From NCBI GenBank assembly GCA_964247055.1, contig OZ176050.1, positions 1,984,001 to 2,048,000 on the forward strand: a stretch of 64,000 bases of DNA, in the 5' to 3' direction. The translations under genes and the position numbers were made by a program. Shown here piece by piece: positions 60,961 to 64,000 of this stretch. Below the pieces are notes generated by a model, which saw only the letters and a list, made by a program, of their open reading frames with translations, was not told the DNA's origin and ran no database searches. The DNA comes from Paragordius varius. Its lineage: Eukaryota > Animalia > Nematomorpha. The stretch's first letter is position 1; each line of letters starts with the position of its first letter.

Positions 60961-63052
60961 GTATCGGCCTATCATGAGGCTATACAAGATTTTTGTTGAT
61001 TAATATTTAAATTTATTTTATTATCAAAAAATTTGTTTGGTAGGAGATATATTTTGGGTGCTAATTGCGACCCGAAAAAATCTCGGTCTACTGATACATC
61101 AAATATTTGTAGATATTAGCCAAAAAAGATGACCTGTAAAATTTTTTTTGGTGAGTACCACTAGCGTTAAAACAAATCATAATTCTGGAATCGATTTGAC
61201 TTTTGAAGAAGAAGTGGATCTTTAGGCGTCATTCTGATCAGTGTCCAAGTTATATAACAGAAGACCCTTTAAGATGATATTTGCGGAATGACAATCTACC
61301 AAATATAAACTGAATTCCACAGTTTGCACATCTTTTCAACAAATGTTCTATAAAGTTATCCAATTTTTACAAGGGAATTGCGAAAATTGTCGATAATAGC
61401 AGTTATATTGATTTTATTTTAAATACGATAGGTTAACCAACTGTCATTTTTACACATAAATTATATGTTAATTTATTTACACTTTATAATTTGTAACATG
61501 TTTCAAAAACTGTGGTAACTAAACACTCTAAAAATCCTATTATTATATAATATAAAAGTTGAATTGTGATTTTATCTTTCATGGGAGATAATATTTAGTC
61601 TATTTCAAACATTTTTTTGAAATGTGAAATATGGAATTGTGGATTGAAAATCAGTTAAAAGCAATTCAAATAATTTAGAAATGTAAAATATTTTTACAAA
61701 TAGTTTTGTAAGAATAGGCAGGTTTTGAGTGCGGTCTCCCTATTAAAATATAATATATAAACTATATAAACCATTTTCAAGTATATTACAGAGTTCTGTA
61801 TAAAAATTATTAATTGCGGTAATAGCCAATAAAAATAACTGTTTTGATGCCATAGTTTAAACAATCATATCTTAATTATAAAAAATTGTATCCAAAATAT
61901 CTTAAAATTCTCCCATAAAATGTAAGAGTATTTTGGTCTTTAGTATACTTATTTTATTCAATAAATCTTTCAGATTTTGGTTGTAAATAAATTTTCTTTA
62001 ACTCAAAAATTACGCACAAAAATTAAAAGGTTCCCTGATCATTGTATAACCCTATGGTTAAAAAATTTTAGCATTTGTATCGTATAAAGTGCAAAAAAAT
62101 ATGTATAAAAAATTCTAAGTAATTAATTACTCAACATAACAATTTATAAGTATATAGTTTCAGTTAAACATATTATTATTATTGTAATTCATGATTTTGT
62201 AATATTCCAAAACAATAATTATTCCAAATCAAGCCAAGAGTAAAATATGGATATAAGGCTATGCGAAGTTCATACATTTGGCCAGTACCATATTGATTGT
62301 TATATGTGTTTATTAAATTGTCAATAGGGAAAAAAATTATACCTGCAGACAACATTAAAGATTTTTACCGTAGTAAACAATTTTAAAGTCCCATATAACC
62401 AATAATAACTGTTTACCAGTTCAAGATACAACACTGATTAACTTATAACTTGATATATGGTTATCTGCATATTCAATTCTTTATCCGACTCACCTAAAGA
62501 CTTTAAATCAGATTCGATTGGAAGAAAATATAAAACTTTGATATATCTATCACTGAAATGTATTTTAATGGGATGTTTTTTGATTTCATATGAGGAGTAA
62601 AGTATCAAATAGCTGGTAGAGGTAATGGAGGTATTAGACATTATATAAACCTCATTACATTTATAGACTTACCAGTGAAGTAGGTGTCATCTTTCAATTA
62701 ACATCGCGAATGGTTTAGTATATTTTTAAATGTTCATCCATCTAAAAAATAATATTTATAAAAACAAACAGCCTTCATACCATATCAAATAAAATTTTTG
62801 AACAAAAAATTAAGCATGCCGGGAATCACTAAGTCCATGTTAGAAAATATAGCGACCAAAAAATGAAAAGGCGTAGTAAGCTAATAAAAAGTTTAAGATT
62901 ACTTGACGTGTAAGATAAATTCCATTGTTTAGACGGGTTAGCGATTGTAAGGAGATTTTAAATTGATAGCTGATAATAGAGGTGTAGCTTTCATCGCTGG
63001 CGCCCCTACCACTCCATGCAACCACCTGCATTTTAGATATTTAATAAAATTG

Positions 63053-64000
63053 TCATGGCCACTCATAAATGGGTGATTTATGTATTATAAAAATAATAAC
63101 ATTTAAATTCTTATTTTTTAAAATTATACTTTTTATATCTAGCGCCCCTTCAAATATGCCCACCGGTGGAACCCACTTTCTCTCCCCTCTAGCTACGCCA
63201 TTGTGTTGATCGTTTTTGTACGTGTAATGCTCCGGCCGATTACCGTTAAGTTTGAGTTAAGCCATCCAAAGCTTGCACTTGATCATCTTCCCAGTTATGC
63301 GTTATAACAAAACGCCCATTTAACTCTAAAAGCTCAACCTTAGAACGGCGGAGAGGAGAATGATAATTTAACGATAAACCAAACTGATGAAGATTAAAAC
63401 CAATAATCGGAGGTGGGGAGGAACAAAGCAAAGCAAACGAAAAAGACACTCAGGTTGAAATAAGAACGGATAAGACAACTGAGAAAGAACTTGAAATGAG
63501 ATATCCTCTTAGGGAAAGAAAAGCACCAGATCAACTCGGATTCGGATAAGGAGATATGATAGATTTGAATACATCAGTTTTAACCTTAGCCTAGACAAAT
63601 TTATATTAAATTTGAATCATTTTTCTTGACCTTTTATATTTGAGTTAAACTATTGTATCAATTTTGTATTTAATCTGCACACAACCTTGGTTTAACATGT
63701 AAATATTATATTCACAAAAAGTGTATAAACATCACTTTATATAGTGTAGTTTTTGTATTTTATCTCGATAAATATTATTTTTTTACGGTTTCTCGATTCA
63801 CAATAATATTCAACAAAATTTTGCTTGCATGACTAAGAACTATGTTTTTATAGTTCTCGTAATTAGATTAATCTCCCTTTTGATTGGGATAAACAGTATT
63901 TGACAGTCTTTTGGCATCGACCTCCATACTTCCTGACACAATCTATGTATAACTGATATTGGTATATCTCTTATTAATTCCAAGGAATATTATCTATTCC
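63053..64000 (+). repeat. Duplicated composite segment, copy 2 (runs off the window end)
   Basis: Same order as copy 1: DNA-transposon-like end (ctagctacgccattg), gypsy-like tail, PPT, LTR-like 63557-63815, RTE fragment. Confidence 0.9.

Noticed and set aside
52158-63815. Two same-orientation LTRs as ends of one 11.7-kb retrotransposon
   Set aside because: Both LTRs are preceded by pol tail + PPT and followed by the same RTE fragment; no PBS, gag or RT between them. This is a duplication, not a provirus.

Overview
Very AT-rich animal (metazoan) genomic DNA; the lineage cannot be fixed from sequence alone. Seven recognisable protein genes can be rebuilt by hand from splice sites plus recalled protein homology: SLK/Slik kinase (3702-13335 +), a ClC-1/2-type chloride channel (~13851-20589 +), SMC2 (25945-36244 +), a secreted-looking ADAM10-like metalloprotease with no disintegrin/TM tail (42584-36479 -), an intronless FoxL1-like gene nested antisense in that protease's first intron (40419-41144 +), and a head-to-head ATG5 (-) / PNPLA2-ATGL (+) pair whose start codons are 97 bp apart. 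Two orphan minus-strand ORFs at 56.6-59.0 kb may be one gene; the downstream one is an array of PIYxN, PxxPxR and NPxY signalling motifs. The most striking property is splicing: at least 20 predicted introns are only 21-31 nt long (ATG5: 22, 22, 21, 23 nt), alongside 50-93 nt and kb-sized introns in the same genes. The rest is transposon-rich: five copies of a ~560 bp TTAA-flanked MITE, a hAT remnant with an 8-bp TSD, a tRNA-derived SINE with a 19-bp TSD, an RTE LINE, a gypsy-like 3' end, a ~60-bp minisatellite and a >=950 bp composite duplicated 11.4 kb apart. All gene models and homology calls are manual (no RNA data, alignment or database search).
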